This document shows, in pieces, positions 43,405-57,754 of a DNA stretch of 64,000 nucleotides. Where the stretch lies: NCBI RefSeq assembly GCF_009914755.1, contig NC_060933.1. One strand, 5' to 3'. Position 1 is the first letter of the stretch. Every line of letters begins with the position of its first letter. Made by a program: the position numbers and the translations under genes. Source of the stretch: the human T2T-CHM13v2.0 reference genome, Homo sapiens. The notes beneath the pieces are model-generated. The model was not told where the DNA came from. It made no database searches and saw only the letters and a list, made by a program, of their open reading frames with translations.

Positions 43405-43711
43405 GGCCAGATGTGATGGCTCATGCCTGTAATCCCAGCATTCTGGGAGGCCAAGACAGACAGATCACTCAAGCTTAGGAGTTCAAGACCAGCCTGGGCA
43501 ACATGGTGAAACTGTCTCTACTAAAAATCCAAACCTTAGTTGGGTGTGGTAGCACAAGCCTGGGATCCCAGCTACTCAGGTGGTCGAGGCATGAGAATTG
43601 CTTGAACCTGGGAGGCAGACGTTGCAGTGAGCCAAGATCACACCATTGCACTAAAGCCTGGATGACAGAGTAAGACTCTGTCTCAAAAAAATAAAAAAAA
43701 TAATAATAAAA
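43405..43711 (+). mobile_element. Old Alu (AluJ-like) inserted in L1 ORF1
   Basis: Diverged dimer with cagcctgggcaacatgg and an A-rich tail. Confidence 0.9.
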
Positions 43712-46700
43712 GGATAAAGCCTCCAAGAAATCTGAGATGATGTTACATGGCCAAACCTAAGAATAAATGGTGTTCCTGAGGCAGAAGAAAAATCTCAAAG
43801 TTTGGAAAACATATTTGATGGAATCATTGAGGGAAACTTCCCTGGCCTTGCTAGAGATCTAGACATCCAAATACAAGAAGCTCAAAGAAAACCTGGGAAA
43901 TTTATCACAAAAAGATCATTACCCAGTAACATAGTCATGAGGTTATCTAAAGTCAAGACAAAGGAAAGAATCTTAAGTACTGTGAGGCAAGAGTTTCAGG
44001 TAATCTATAAAGGAAAACTTATCAGATTAACAGAAAATTTCTCAGTAGAAACCCAACAAGCCAGAAAAGACTGGAGTCCTATCTTTAGCCTCTTCAAACA
44101 AAATAATTAACAACAAAACAAACAGAATGTTGTATCCAAAAAAATTAAGCTTCATAAATGAAGGAGAGATAAAGTCTTTTTCAGACAAATAAATGCTGAG
44201 AGAATTTGCCACAACCAAGCCAACACTGCAAGAAATGCTAAAAGGAGTTCTAAATCTTGAAACAAAACCTCAAAATGCACCAAAATAGAACCTCCATAAA
44301 GATAAATTTCACAGGGTCTATAAAACCTTAACACAAAGAAAAAAGAAAAAAACAACAAGGTATTCAGGCAACAACTAACATGATGAGTAGAATAGTACCT
44401 CACATCTCAATATTAATGTTGAATGTAAATGGCCTAAATGCCCCACTTAAAATATACAGAGTGGCAGAATGGATAAGAATCTACCAACTAAATATCTGCT
44501 GTCTTCAGGAGTCTCACCCAACACATCAGGATTCACATAAACTTAAGGTAAAGGGGTGGAAAACATTATTCTATGCAAATGGACACCAAAAGAGAGCAGG
44601 ATTGTTAGCTATTCTTATATCAGACAAAACATACTTCAAAGTAACAACAGTTAAAAAAGACAAAGAAGGACATTGTATAATGATAAAAATATTAGTCCAA
44701 TAGGAAAATGTCACAATCCTAAATAAATGCACACCTAACACTTGAACTCCCAAATTTATAAAACAATTACTACTAGACCTAAGAAATGAGATAGATGGAA
44801 ACAGAATAATAATGTGGGACTTCAATACTCCACTGACAGCACTACACAGGTCATCAAGACAGAAAGTCAACAAAGAAACAATGGACTTACACTGTAACCC
44901 AAAACAAATGGACTTAGCAAATATTTACAGAACATTCTCCCCAACAACTGCAAAATAAACATTCTTTTCATCAGCATATGAAACATTCTCCAAGATATAC
45001 CGTATGATAGGTTACAAAACAAGTCTCAATAAACTTAAGAAAATCAAAATTATATCAAGTGTCTTCTAAGATCACAGTTGAATGAAACTGGAAATTAACT
45101 GAAAAAGGAACACTCAAAATTATACAAATACATGAAAAATAAATAATCTGCTCCTGAATGATCTTTGGGTAAACAATGAAATCAAGAAGGAAATTAAATA
45201 ATTCTTTGAGCTGATCAATAATAGTGACACAACTTATCAAAGCCTCTGGGACACAGCAAAAGCAGTGCTAAGAGGATCATTCATAGTATTAAATGCTTAC
45301 ATCAAAAAATCTGAAAGAGCACAAACAGACAATCTAAGGTCACACCTCAAGGAACTGGAGAAACAAGAACAAACCAAACCCGAATTCAGTGGAAGAAAAA
45401 AAAAAAAAGATCAGAGCAGAACTAATTAAATAAAACAAACAAAAAAAATACAAAAGATAAATGAAACAAAAAGCTGGTTCTTTGAAAAGATAATCAAAAT
45501 TGATAGACCGTTAGATAAACCAAGAAGAGAGAAGATCCAAATAAGCTCAATTAGAAGTGAAATGGAAGATATTATAACCAATATCAGAGAAATACAAAAT
45601 ATCATTCAAGTCTACTATGAACACCTTTACATGCACAAACTAGAAAATCTAGAGGAGATGGATACATTCCTGGAAATATACAACCCTCCTAGATTGAATC
45701 AAGAGGAAGTAGACAGACCAATAACAAGTGGTGAGATTGAAACAGTAATAAACAAATTGCCAACAAAAAAGTTTCAGGATGAGATGGAGTCACAGCTGAA
45801 TTCTATGAGGCATTCAAAGAAGAATTGGTACCAATATTACTGAAACTATTGCCAAAGAAAGAAAAAAGGGAATCCTCCCTAAATCATTCTAAGAAGCCAG
45901 TATCACCCTAATTCCAAAATCAGGAAATGGCATAACAGAAAGAGAAAACTACAAACCAACATCCCTGATGAACATAGATGTAAAAATCCTCAACAAAAAT
46001 ACTAGCTAACCAAATCCAACAGTATATAAAAAAGATAACCCACCATGATCAAGTGGGTTTCATACCAGGGATGCAGGGCTGGTTTAACAAAAACAAGTTA
46101 ATAAATGTGAAACACCACATAAACAGAATTAAAGACAAAAATCATATGATCATCTCAATAGATGCAGAAAAAGCATTTGACAAAATCCACCATCCTTTAG
46201 GATTAAAATCCTCAGCAAAATTGGCATAGAAGGGACATACCTCTTGGTAATAAAAGGCATCTATTACAAATCCACAGCCAACATTTTACTGAATGGAGAA
46301 AACTTAAAGGCATCCGACCTAAGAACTGGAACAAGACAAGGATGCCTACTTTCACCACTTCTATTCAACGTAGTACTGAAAGTCCTAGCCAGAGATATCA
46401 GACAAGAGAAAGAATTAAAGGGCATCCAAATCAGTAAAGAGAAAGTCAAACTGTCACTGTTTGCCAATGATATGATCATATGCCTAGGAAACCCTAAAGA
46501 CTCATTCAAAAAGCTCCAAGATCTGATAAATGAATTCAGTAAAGTTTCAGGAGACAAAATTAATGTACACAAATTAGTAGCATTGCTATACACCAACAAC
46601 GACCAACCTGAGAATCAAATCAAGAACTCAGCCCATTTTACAACAGTTGCAAAAAAGCAAAATGCATAGAAATATACCTAACCAAGAAGGTGAAAGATCC

Positions 46701-48028
46701 ATACAAGAACAACTACAAAACACTGATGAAAGAAATCATAGATGACACAAAGAAATGGACACACATTGCATGCTCATGGATGGGTAGAATCAATACTGTG
46801 AAAATGACCATACTGCCAAAAGCCATCTACAAATTCAATGCAATTCTCATCAAAATACCATCATCATTCTTTATAGAACTAGAAAAAAAAAATCCTAAAA
46901 TTCATATGGAACCAAAAAAGAACCCCCATAGTCAAAGTAAGACTAAGCAAAAAGAACAAATCCAGAGGCATCACATTACCCAACTTCAAACTATACCACA
47001 AGGCTTTGGTTACCAAAACAGCATGGTACTGGCATAAATATAGGCATGTAGAACAATGGAGCAGAATAGAGAACCCAGAAATAAAACCAAATACTAACAG
47101 CCAACTGACTTTCGACAAAGCAAACAAAAGCATAAAGTGAGGAAAGCACACCCTATTTAACAAATAGTGCTGGGATAATTGGCAAGCCACGTGTAGAAGA
47201 ATGAAACTGGATCCTCATTCCTCACCTGATATAAAAATCAACTCAAGATGGATCAAAGACTTAAATCTAAGACCTGAAACCACAAAAATTCTAGAAGATA
47301 ACATCAGAAAAATTCTTCTAGACATTGACTTAGGCAAAGAGTTCATGACCAAGAATCCAAAACCAAGAGAAACAAAAACAAAGATAAATAGATGGGATCT
47401 AGTCAAATTAAAAAGCTTCTGCACAGCAAAAGAAATAATCAGAAGAGTAAACAGACAACCCACAGAGTAGGAAAATATAGTCTCAATCTATACACCTGGC
47501 AAAAGACTGATATCCAGAATCTACAAGGAACTCAAATAAATCAGCAAGAAAAAAAAATCCCATCAAAGAGTGGGCAAAGGATATGAGTAGACAATTATTA
47601 AAAGAAGATATACAAATGGCCAACAAACACATGAAAAAGTGCTCAATATCAGTAATCATCAGGGAAATGCAAATTAAAACCACAATGAGATGCCACCTTG
47701 CTCTTGCAAGAATGGCCATGATTAAAAAATTAAAAAATAATGGATGTTGACATAGGTGTGGTGAAAAGGGAACAGTTCTACACTGCTGGTGGGAATGTAA
47801 AACTAGTACAACCACCATGGGAAACAGTATAGAGATTCCTTAAATAACTAAAAGTAGAACAACCGTTTGATCCAGCAATCCCGCTACTGGTTATCTACCC
47901 AGAGGAATAAAGGTCATTATATGAAAAAGACACTTGCATACACATGTTTATGGCAGCACAGTTCACAATTGCAAAAACAAGGAGCCAGCCTAAATGCCTA
48001 TCGACCAATAAGTGAATAAAGAAAATAT

Positions 48029-48186
48029 AGTATATATATATATATATATTTTATATATATATATATTATATATATATTATATATATATATTTTATATATA
48101 TATATTATATATATATATTTTATATATATATATTATATATATATATTTTATATATATATATATTATATATATATATATTTTATATA
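48029..48186. repeat. Long interrupted (TA)n tract
   Basis: About 155 bp of nearly pure A/T, with TA runs broken by tt/tttt. Confidence 0.97.
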
Positions 48187-48584
48187 CACACATATGTATA
48201 TACACCATGGAATACCACTCAGCCCTAAAAAGGAACAAGCTAAAGGCATTCACGGCAATCTGGATGAAGTTGGGGACCATTATTCTAAGTGAAATAACTC
48301 AAGAATGGAAAATCAAACATTGTATCTTCTCACTTACAAGTGGGAGCTAAGCTATGAGGACAAAAAGGCATAAGAATGATATAGTGGGCTTTGGGAACTC
48401 AGGGGGAAGGGTGGGAGGGAGGTGAGAGAAAAAAGGACTATACATTAGGTACAGTGTACACTGCTCAGGTGATGGGTACACCAAAATCTCAGAAATCGCC
48501 ACTAAAGAACTTATTCATGCAACCAAACACTGCCTGTACCCCCAACACTAGTGAAATAATATTATTTTTTAAAAAAATAATAAG

Positions 48585-48808
48585 CAAAGACTTATGGTTC
48601 TGATGAAAAAGATTTTTCAACATCTACCAGAGCCTATGTTTCTGTACGTTTTTTATGGAACATATTTGGCATTCTAAAAAGTTATGTAATATCCATGATG
48701 ACACGTAGAAATCTCTGAATTATCAGTGCACACTCTCTGTGTCTGGCCGGTGCATAAATAAAATTATAATGTACAGGAAGATCCAGCTTATCTTTTGCCC
48801 CATTTGTG
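48585..48808 (+). repeat. Copy 2 (main block) of the unassigned duplicated element
   Basis: Aligns to 41237-41461 with about 37 differences, including one indel. Confidence 0.9.
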
Positions 48809-48864
48809 CAATTGACACCCTTTTCCTTTTGACACCCTTTTGTTTCCCTTTGAGGCCCTCAATA

Positions 48865-49570
48865 ACAGTTAAGATTTTATGGTTGCAAACAGTAGAAAAG
48901 ACTCTAACTTAAATAGGAAACAATTGATTGGGATATAAACATACGTGAGAACATAAGGGAGTGATATAAGAAACCTTCATTAGAAACATACGAAGAACCG
49001 ACAAAACATAAGAGACATTTGGTGAACAAACAAGGAAAGAATAGGTATGGGGAGAGCCTCAGTGATCCATGTATCAGGAACTAATACATCAAGTTTTTAG
49101 GGAGTGGCTGATTGCTGGGATGAGGCAGTTTCTACTCTTCATTAGCCTTTTGTAATTCTGGGGAAAAGATCTGATTGGCCTAGATTGAGTCACATGTTCC
49201 CTATTGGCAAGGGGAAGGCCTGAAACCTTGACTGACAAACTGAATCAATCAGTTATTGGAATGTAACAAACCACTCCAAAACTCAGTGGCTTTAAATCAT
49301 GCTAATGTATTTCCTACCTGCAGATAGGCTGGTGATCAGCTCTTGTAAGCTGGGTTCTGCTTAAAGATGTGGGGCAGATGGCAAAGATATACTCCATACA
49401 CAGTTCATTCTGGGTCCCAGGCAGCAGGGTGGCGGCTACGTGGGAGAGGCTGTTCCCATGGCAAAGTATAAGAGCATAAGCGCATTTGAAGCCTTTGCTT
49501 GCATCACGTCTATTAGCACCCCATTGGCGAGCTTTTTGTGGGAGTGATGGCCGAATCAGCAGACAAAGGG
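48865..49570 (-). mobile_element. Old MLT1-type LTR fragments
   Basis: ggttgcaaacagtagaaa, atctgattggcctag..tgagtcacatg, gtaacaaaccactccaaaactcagtggctt. Confidence 0.55.
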
Positions 49571-51669
49571 AATAGATAGAGGAACGTGTGAAGAAAGGAA
49601 GCCAATAATTAAACTGGGGCAATTACCCAAGAATCAAAGAAATAATTACCCCAAAAGAAATCATAATGTTTTTACCATGAAAAGGATTCTTGTGGGGGAA
49701 AGAAAGAAATGAGATCAACCAGTTCCCAGATCCTGAAAGGCCTTGTTCTCACCTGGCTCTTATGAACTGCAGCTGTAGGTGGTTCCTCTCGTGGCACTTT
49801 CATATGCCAATAAGATGCCAAGAGCCAAGGATGTAATCTTTATGGGAGGGATGTGACAAGTATCTTTAAGGTAAAAACAGACCTGGTCAGATCACAGCTA
49901 TATAATATAGCTATATAAAAGTAAAAATCACGGCTGTATAAAAGTAATGTGTCTATTTTTAGCAGTAGCCCTGAAAATGATTGTGATTACAGTATATTAA
50001 GACAGAAAAATCATATAGGAGGAGGGATTGTTGCTGTTACTTGCTGTATGAGAACTCTTGAGCATCCAAGCGCTTATAAATTAGTCCAGAGCAACAAGTT
50101 CAGCCCTTCTGGCTCTCTCTGTTGCTCACTTCAGCACTAGCCATTTCTGAAGCATTATTCTAGTGGATAGAGGTGTGTGTTCCTGTTTTATAATTTACCT
50201 TGCCTGGGAAATACTGATGAAACTTGAAGGACATAATAGTTTAACAAATCAAAAGGCCTCCTGATGCTGGTCCTTAAACCTAGACTGGGGTGGCTACATC
50301 AAACCATATATTCAGATTCTAGGGCTTTATTCCTGAGGACTCTCATTAAGTATGTCTGTGTTGAAGCCCTAATTTCTATTTCTATTGTGAAACTCCAGAG
50401 GTGTTCCAGAGATTCTAAGGTTTATCCAGGTTTTGAATCTACCTAGTCTGCTTTATTTTACATATGAAAAAAAATTGACACCCAGAGTGAATGATGGGAT
50501 AGCTTTCTTCCCAGTGTCACACAGCTGGTTTGTCTTGAGTCAGAACTTGGACTAGGACCTGATCTCCTGTCTCCCAGCCTAGTGCGTATTCCCCTACAAC
50601 CTACTGTCTCCTTCATATGAATGCCCAGAGATATCATGCTGATCGGAATTTCTGGAGTATGAACATCATCCCTTCCCCATTCGTAGGAACCTTAATTGTC
50701 TTCACCCTAAAGCACATATAGCTTCAGATATGTTTGCATATTTACGTCGATCTAATTGCTCATGAGTCGATCTAGTCAATTAGCCTTTGGTTACTGGAAA
50801 AAAAGTGATTTAAGACTATTTTTAAATGAAACCTGTGAATCCTTTTGCCATATAGGCACAAAGTAGGACGTCAAGGGGCACTGTGATAAAGGAGACAGCA
50901 GCAGGTCCAGGGAAAAATCTTACAGAGTGAAATCATCAACCCTCAATGGAATGTGAATCGAAAGCCAAGAACTATTAGTAAAAAGAAAAATGTATAAAGT
51001 AGAGGAAAGAAGAACAGAGGGGCGTGAGCATGAGATGGGAGTGCAGAGGGCTTGAATTGGCCTGGACAGCCCATTTCTCAGCAGGTCAGCACTCACAGGT
51101 TGGCACGCAGGATAAGATAGGGTGAGAGACAGCCACCGAAAAGGAAGAAAGATGGTCTTCGGGAAGGGAAGATATGCTTAAAATTAAACACAAGGGAGGA
51201 AAAGGGTGTTTACAGTTTTCTGAGATGAGGTTCAGGGCTGAAGTCATAGTTTGGCAGCCAAACCAAAGAAATTTAGTTTCCCTTGGAAAGATTTATGTCT
51301 TCTAGGGCTGAGAAATATGTCTGGCTGCCAATATTTCATAAAGCAACCTAGAAAGAAATACAACCTACTTTAGTGTTTGGCTTGGGACTTTTCACCTTTG
51401 TTTGGCAAGATATTTTTCATTTTGAAAGAGGGAGTGAGTACTATTCATGTCAGCTCCCTATGAAGATCTTAAAGCTCTTTGCCTAAATTATCTGATGGTT
51501 CATAATGCTTTACTTACCTATATATAAATATTTTAAAAGGTAGATTAAATTAACAGAACCTGTGACACTCATAACCTGTCTGTTCCAAAATTCTTTGAGA
51601 TAACATTGCCATCAAACAGAACTAAAAGAAATGTAATCAAGCCCTTTGGGAATTTCATGTAGTAGTTGG

Positions 51670-51860
51670 AAACCACAAAATGTAGGTCCAGTTCTGCCAT
51701 TTGTTATTTTTATGACCTTGAAAATTTACTCAACCCCTCTGTGCCACCGATTTCTTATCTATTATGTGGAGTTTATAAAAGAATTTACTTCACAGGGTTG
51801 TGGAGAGGATTGAATGACTCTTAGAACAATGCTTGGCACTCAGAAAGGATTAATTGTTAT
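51670..51860 (+). mobile_element. MIR
   Basis: tgaccttgaaaatttactcaacccctctgtgcc...acttcacagggttgtggagaggattgaatga. Confidence 0.65.
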
Positions 51861-53229
51861 TACCACATTTTCTGGAATTTCTGAGATATCTCAATTTCAA
51901 CTATTCTTCATTACTATAGTCATATTATCATGAAAATACTCTAAAAATGCCAACTAACTACATTTTTAAGATTATCTTTCCTATGTGGAAGTGGCAGCAA
52001 ACTTTTTCTCTTATTTTTAAATTAGATTTTGTGTCCTTATTTGAGGCTTAGGAAATATAATAATGTCAACAAAGGACAGAGTTCAGCCAATGTTCCTGAG
52101 TGCTGCGAGAGAGGGGAAGCAATGGAGAGGAAAATTTCTTCCAGTCTTCTCCAGCTCCAAACCATGTCAGCCCCACTGTTGTAACTGCTATGAATTATCA
52201 CCGGCTCTTTGTACTTATCCACTCAGAGTTTCATATGCCTGTTTTCCCATTCAGAGAGATGTTTTCCCCAGGCATAGTCATCTGCTTACACTGGCCATAA
52301 TTTCCCCAGCAGCCTGTTTGCCAGTATATCTTCCCTTCTCTTTCTTCCTTTCTCTCCTTTCCTTTCCCATGCCTTCTCCCTCTTCCCCTTTGCCAGTTTC
52401 TTTCCCACCCTTCCTCCCTCCCTCCTTTCCTACTTCTTAAAGTCTTTGTGTCTCTACCATCCTCCAGGCACTATGTTCTTCTCTTCCCAATTCCCCAACA
52501 TTAACCTATATCCAAGTATTATCTGGACAGATGCTGATTTCTATCCTCCTCTTTCTGATTTCTCTTTAAATCTTCCTTCATGCCCTCAGTGTCCTGTCAT
52601 CCACCTCTCCTGCTTTGTTCTGCTTCTAGCTCTTTCTCAACCATCTTCATTATTACACAGGCACATAGGATAATGTAAATGTAGACAATAGATGGAGCTT
52701 GAACTATAGGTAAGTAATCTAGGCTCTCCTCTTGGTTCATTTATTTGCCATCTGAGTGACCTTAAGCAAGGCACTTAATGCAGCAAAGCTTCCATCTCCA
52801 CATATGTAAACCGCGTGCTCTGAGTGCTCAAGCAAATGCTATCAGGTTCATATGAGGCTGTATAAGTCAAGTAGCATGTTTTAACGTCTGCCAATTCCTA
52901 CTTAATGACACTATTGCCCCATTCTCCCTGGCAGTCTAGATATCCTACTCATTTTCAGCCTATAGATGTCACAGCTTTTACTTTCAACTGTAGTATCATT
53001 CCTTTTGGTAATCATTTCACCCCTGATCCTTTTCTCCCAACCTCAACTCCTACTTCTTCCTTTATATGCTGTTTACGCCAGTAATTCAAAATCACTCAGA
53101 GTCTGCCACATGTGACAAGCTGCTTCTCATCACATAACCTCTCCTTAGCTGTTCTTGCATTCTTTCTGTGTCTCAGAAGCAATTGTTGAATTGAACTCTA
53201 TCCTTTTCTAACTATGTGAATGTAGACTT

Positions 53230-54240
53230 ACACTAATTTTGGAATTCTGCAACTTGGATTCAAGCTCCAGCCATCTATGTATTTTGGCTATCTGACCTTG
53301 ACAATGTCATTTAACCTCTAAGAGAGTCAGTTTTCTTGTGTATATATGGGGGACAATGACAACTTCTGTTTATTGAAAGCTCACTATTTGTCAGAGTTGT
53401 GTATTTGCTCATTTATCTTTTCTCATTTTATTTTTACAGCTGCCCTATGATGTACCTATTATTATTCCTATTTTACAAATAAGAAAGCTGAGACTGGAAA
53501 GCTATTTATCTCAAAAACTAAAATAGCCTCAGAACTAGAATCCTAGTCTCCACTCTCACTGTTCTTTCATCTGCTTTGTTGGAATATTAATGGTGATCTC
53601 CTAAAATCATCAAACAAATACTGTCACGTCCTTTGCAATGCCCACCCCCCCACCCCCAACTGAAGTTGCTTAATTGCATAGAGAAAAATCTAATCTAAAT
53701 GTCCTCTCATGTCTTATAAGCCCCACAGGACCTAGCCTCTAATTACCTCTTTGAATTCATCACACACTATGTTCCCCTTCTTTCACAGCACTCAGGGACA
53801 TTAGCTGAATTGCTTTTTCTGGCCCAGGTAAGCACTTTGCAGCCACAGGACATTTGCATGTGCATGTGCTGTTTCTTCTTCTGGGAGCATTCTTCCAATA
53901 GATCTTTCATGGCTGGCTCCTTCTTCTCATCTGTCTTAGCTCAAATGCTGCCTCCTTTGAGTAGTTTTTCCTGAAACCCAATCCCGTTTAGCCAGGCTCC
54001 ATTACTGTCCTTTTCATAACCATATTTTATTTTTGAGAGCGCTCATCACAATCTAAAATCATCATTTACTTATTTATTACCTGTCTTCTGTATTCTCAGT
54101 GTATAGCACAGCAGATTCAATGCATCTTTGTTAAACGAACGGACTGTCCAAAGTCAGTTTAGACAAGAGGGGATGGAACAGGATTTGAGCCCAGGACTGT
54201 CTGACTCTAAAGTCCATATGCCTAACCACTGCATTCATTC
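53230..54240. mobile_element. MIR / L2 / MIR fragment cluster
   Basis: MIR cores near 53255-53350, 53440-53550 and 54150-54230; L2 body (ggacatttgcatgtgc..gctgttt, ctggctccttc, gctcaaatg) at 53600-54140. Confidence 0.6.
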
Positions 54241-55196
54241 CCTGCTTCAGCCATTAAAATATTGAAAAGAAACAGTAGGCTAACATGGGAGCATGGTTTG
54301 TAAACTCCAAGCATTATGTCAATGTGAACATGCAGTTTTGGTACTCTGTCCTCTGCTGGATGCCACATGGACTAAAACTGTCTGTTCTCAAGAGGCTCTA
54401 AGTCATCACCGGTGTTAGAGAAGAAAGGCCGTTGTCTACAATAAATCCTTCTGCTGACATTCCTTTACGACTATGGTGACATCTGTGAGAAGCTCTTCTC
54501 TTTTCTTCCCATTCTTGGCCAGACCCTTGCCAATCCTACCTTATCTTCTACACTCTTGGCCTTGCCTTTCTTGCTGCCATTAAAGAAAGATGTACTGAAA
54601 ATCTCCCATTCATTCTTAATTAGCTGACTTAACACACTCGCTTTTCATAGACATTTTAGGCCTCTGTTTAATTCCCAACTATGCCTACATAGGGCTTACA
54701 GTAACAAAATCCAAATTATATCTAGAATTAACCATGGGGAGTCCTAATTTTTAAGACCCTCTCTTCCATTGTAGATTGGAAATAAAACTGAGGTAGGTTC
54801 ATTCACCTGAAATCAACACTTAATCACACAGCAAGTTAATGGCAAAGTGAAAATGAAAATTCGTGTCCTTCAGTGCTTCTCTCCTAAAACCTGTTGAGTT
54901 TATTTTTTGTAATTATTAATAGAGTATCATTATATAAATTTCCAATGTGATTATGCTTTAGTGAAAGAAAACTTTACATCCAACCCAAAGTGAATGTTTA
55001 TTCTATGGTTTGCAAATAAAGTAGCAACCCATATATTTTATCTTTGCATTAGTAAAGCCTCCAAACTTCAAAGGCAAATAATTTATTTCAATATCAGTGG
55101 CATAAATTAATTCCCCATGCACTGCATTCCTTTGAACTCTTAATCTACAATCAGCGTCATTTTAGGATTTGCTAAGATCAAAAGTCTCTCTAGAAC

Positions 55197-55304
55197 AAGT
55201 AGCTTGATTTAGTCATTCTACAATGTATATACATATATCAAAACCTCAAGTTGTATACAATAAATATATACAATATTCACTTGTCAACTGAAAATAAATA
55301 AACA
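55197..55304 (+). mobile_element. Very short 5'-truncated L1MA-like 3' end
   Basis: tagcttgatttagtcattctacaatgtatatacatatatcaaaac...aaataaataa; TSD-like aagtctctctagaac / aagtatctagaac. Confidence 0.75.
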
Positions 55305-57754
55305 GAAGTATCTAGAACCACCCAATACTTAGATATTTGAATAATTCTGTTGTTTTTCCAAGTAAAACATAGAGTATGTTTCTAAAACCTAGTACTTGCA
55401 AAAGTTTAGTTTAGTTTTAAGTTATGAATATGTATTTTGAAAGTAGCCTGCAGCTTCTTTATGCTTGACTATTTTGAGTCTACCCCGCTAGTGTCTCATC
55501 ATGCAACGATGAAAAACTGAAATGAAGATGATATAGCTAAGGCACAGAGTATTACTCTTTAGAGATACAATTCTCTTAGCAATGAGATTACAGAAATTAA
55601 AATGTGTGATGTTTTTCTTATCTGAATGCCTAAATCATTGTTTCATGTTGGTATTCAAAGAAAACAAGTTCTTATTCATACAACAAATAGAATGAGTGAT
55701 GGGAACTGAAAAGGAGGAAGACACAATTCCCTGGTTTTCTGTGTCTCTTTTCAAGATATTTTTTTCTGGTGCTGGTATACATATCAGCCTACACACATCC
55801 ACCATACTTTCTTCAAGTACTCAAGAAAGCGTTGAGTTCCCCAAACTGTTTCCTTACATCAAATTTTTAAAAACTCCCCCACCCATCATTTTCAGTCAAT
55901 GAAGCCAGTTTCTTCCCTCTATGGAAAGTAGATTCTAAAGTTTGACTTGTAGATCATTGCTATTACTAACACATAATGCCATTTGGAGCACATTCATCCT
56001 AGAAATTTTCCAAGTTTACAGTGTCTACTTGAATTTTTTCAGTGAATATTTGTCATTTCATTCAAGAGCAGGCCTATGGGTAATCATTTAATCAAAACTA
56101 CTGCAGTGATTGCTACTTGTACAGAAAATTACAAAGCTACAACAGGAGTCAAGCCACGATTGCCAAGTCTAAATGGGCTCTGCTTTTTGTTAAGTATTGG
56201 GTAAGAATGAAGCCTTAAATTTGGAGGAAATTGAAGAGCATTCTTCGGTCAGAACCAAATTTTCCAATTTTCATTTTCTCTATTTTATTTACACAAAAAT
56301 ACATGATGAAAATTCATAGAAGGCACATATGAAGAACACGTATATTATGATTCTTGCTTTCTGATAAATGTCTTATTCTAGCTTTGGGGCCCCTGATATG
56401 TCCTTTCTGTTAAGATTTGAAAGGTATAAAAAAGAACATTGAAAAACTTTAACTATGATTTTTTATGCTTCATCATGATTTCACATATGCCAACTATCCA
56501 ATGAAAAAAATATGTTGAGATGATAATTTGTGAAATATTCAATCCCAATATGTGCACAAGAGCTTATTGGGAGGCAAGTTAGCATGGAAATAACTGCTTT
56601 TTTTGGAAAGAAGCCTTGTTTCAAGTTGAAAACTCTATAAATTATGCTTTTATTTATAGAATTCTGTCTTACTTTCATTGTCTCTAATAGACCATAAATC
56701 TTAGTATATTGCTAACTATAGAGATGAACCCTCAGAGACTGGTTGGATGTGTATACTTGAGAAAGTAAACACAGTTTCTTAAAGGGCAATACAATGAGGT
56801 CATACTCTGCAAAGAGATTGTAAAAAAGATAGTTGTGTACTCTTGATTTATTTTCTTTTCCAATAATATTCTTTAAAAAACAAAGTCAACTTTTAAGTTA
56901 TAAGGTAGCTTTTGCAAATGTTGATTTTAAAAAAGGGTCCAAATTGCTGCCTACAAGAGAAGAATTGAGCCCACAACAATCATTGATACATGATTAAAAC
57001 TGGATCTTGTCATAGCAAAACATATTTTCTGTTTGGAAATAAAGCATAAAAGATTCTGCAGCTACCTCACATTGGCAAAAAAAGACAGGAAGCTTTAAAT
57101 CTGTGGCCTTTCTTTATGAGTGGTGAAAGATGACATGAGTGGGTAGATTTTGGAGGGGCTAGCCCCCTCTGAAATGATCCAAGTGTGTTGACAGAACCTC
57201 ACTAATTCACTTCCCTGAGACCAGCAATAAACAAGACTTCCTGTAGAGTATATTTAACCACCACAATTTGTTTCTGGTTGGAAATCATCCTAAAAAGTTT
57301 CTTGTCCATGTTTAAAGGTGGTTCTTCAGGGTTTAAGGCCACGCTGCTAAAATTTGGTCCCTGTGAATTTCCCTACAACAGTAAAGAAGCTATCTGTATC
57401 CCTCATGTTGAAGACAGGAGCACCTTTATGTGATATGTGGAGCAGAAGCTGGAAAATAGACTCATACTTATCCCAGCCTTACCAAGCTGATCAGAAAGCA
57501 GGGATCTGCAGTTCAGCTACGTTGAAGACATATTTGTCAAGGTTATAATTCATTCAGACCATTATATTCAGGGAGAACAGCTAAATCAGTGAGGAGCATG
57601 TAAGCACTGTGTAGTTAGACATGCTAGGTGTTAAATACTTGAAATCAGCAAAGTGGAAAAAGCAAAACGGAAGCATCATTGCAGTGGTTGAAAATTAAAC
57701 AGAGCTGTATTCAAACCCCAGTTTTGCCTCTTTTTGACTATGAGACTGGGCAAC

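Larger units (their letters stand above)
42218..48582 (+). mobile_element. Near full-length L1PB-like LINE-1, inactive
   Basis: 5' aagatggcggatagg; ORF1 remnants from ~42975; ORF2 start at 44380 (PHISILMLNVNGLNAPLK); RT remnant [22 protein letters not shown]; L1PB-type 3' end; many stops and frameshifts. Confidence 0.95.

Noticed and set aside
48012-48350. IY-rich and VC-rich ORFs (also 5752-5943 and 25299-25505)
   Set aside because: Artefacts of stop-free dinucleotide repeats.
48723-48803. Hydrophobic 26-aa minus-strand micro-ORF (MGQKISWIFLYIIILF...) with the same frame and stop in copy 1
   Set aside because: Copy 1 has TTG instead of ATG and most differences are non-synonymous, so there is no sign of coding constraint.
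57148-57174. Imperfect GC-rich hairpin gaggggctagccccctc
   Set aside because: Short stem with a bulge and no supporting context; not a terminator in eukaryotic DNA.
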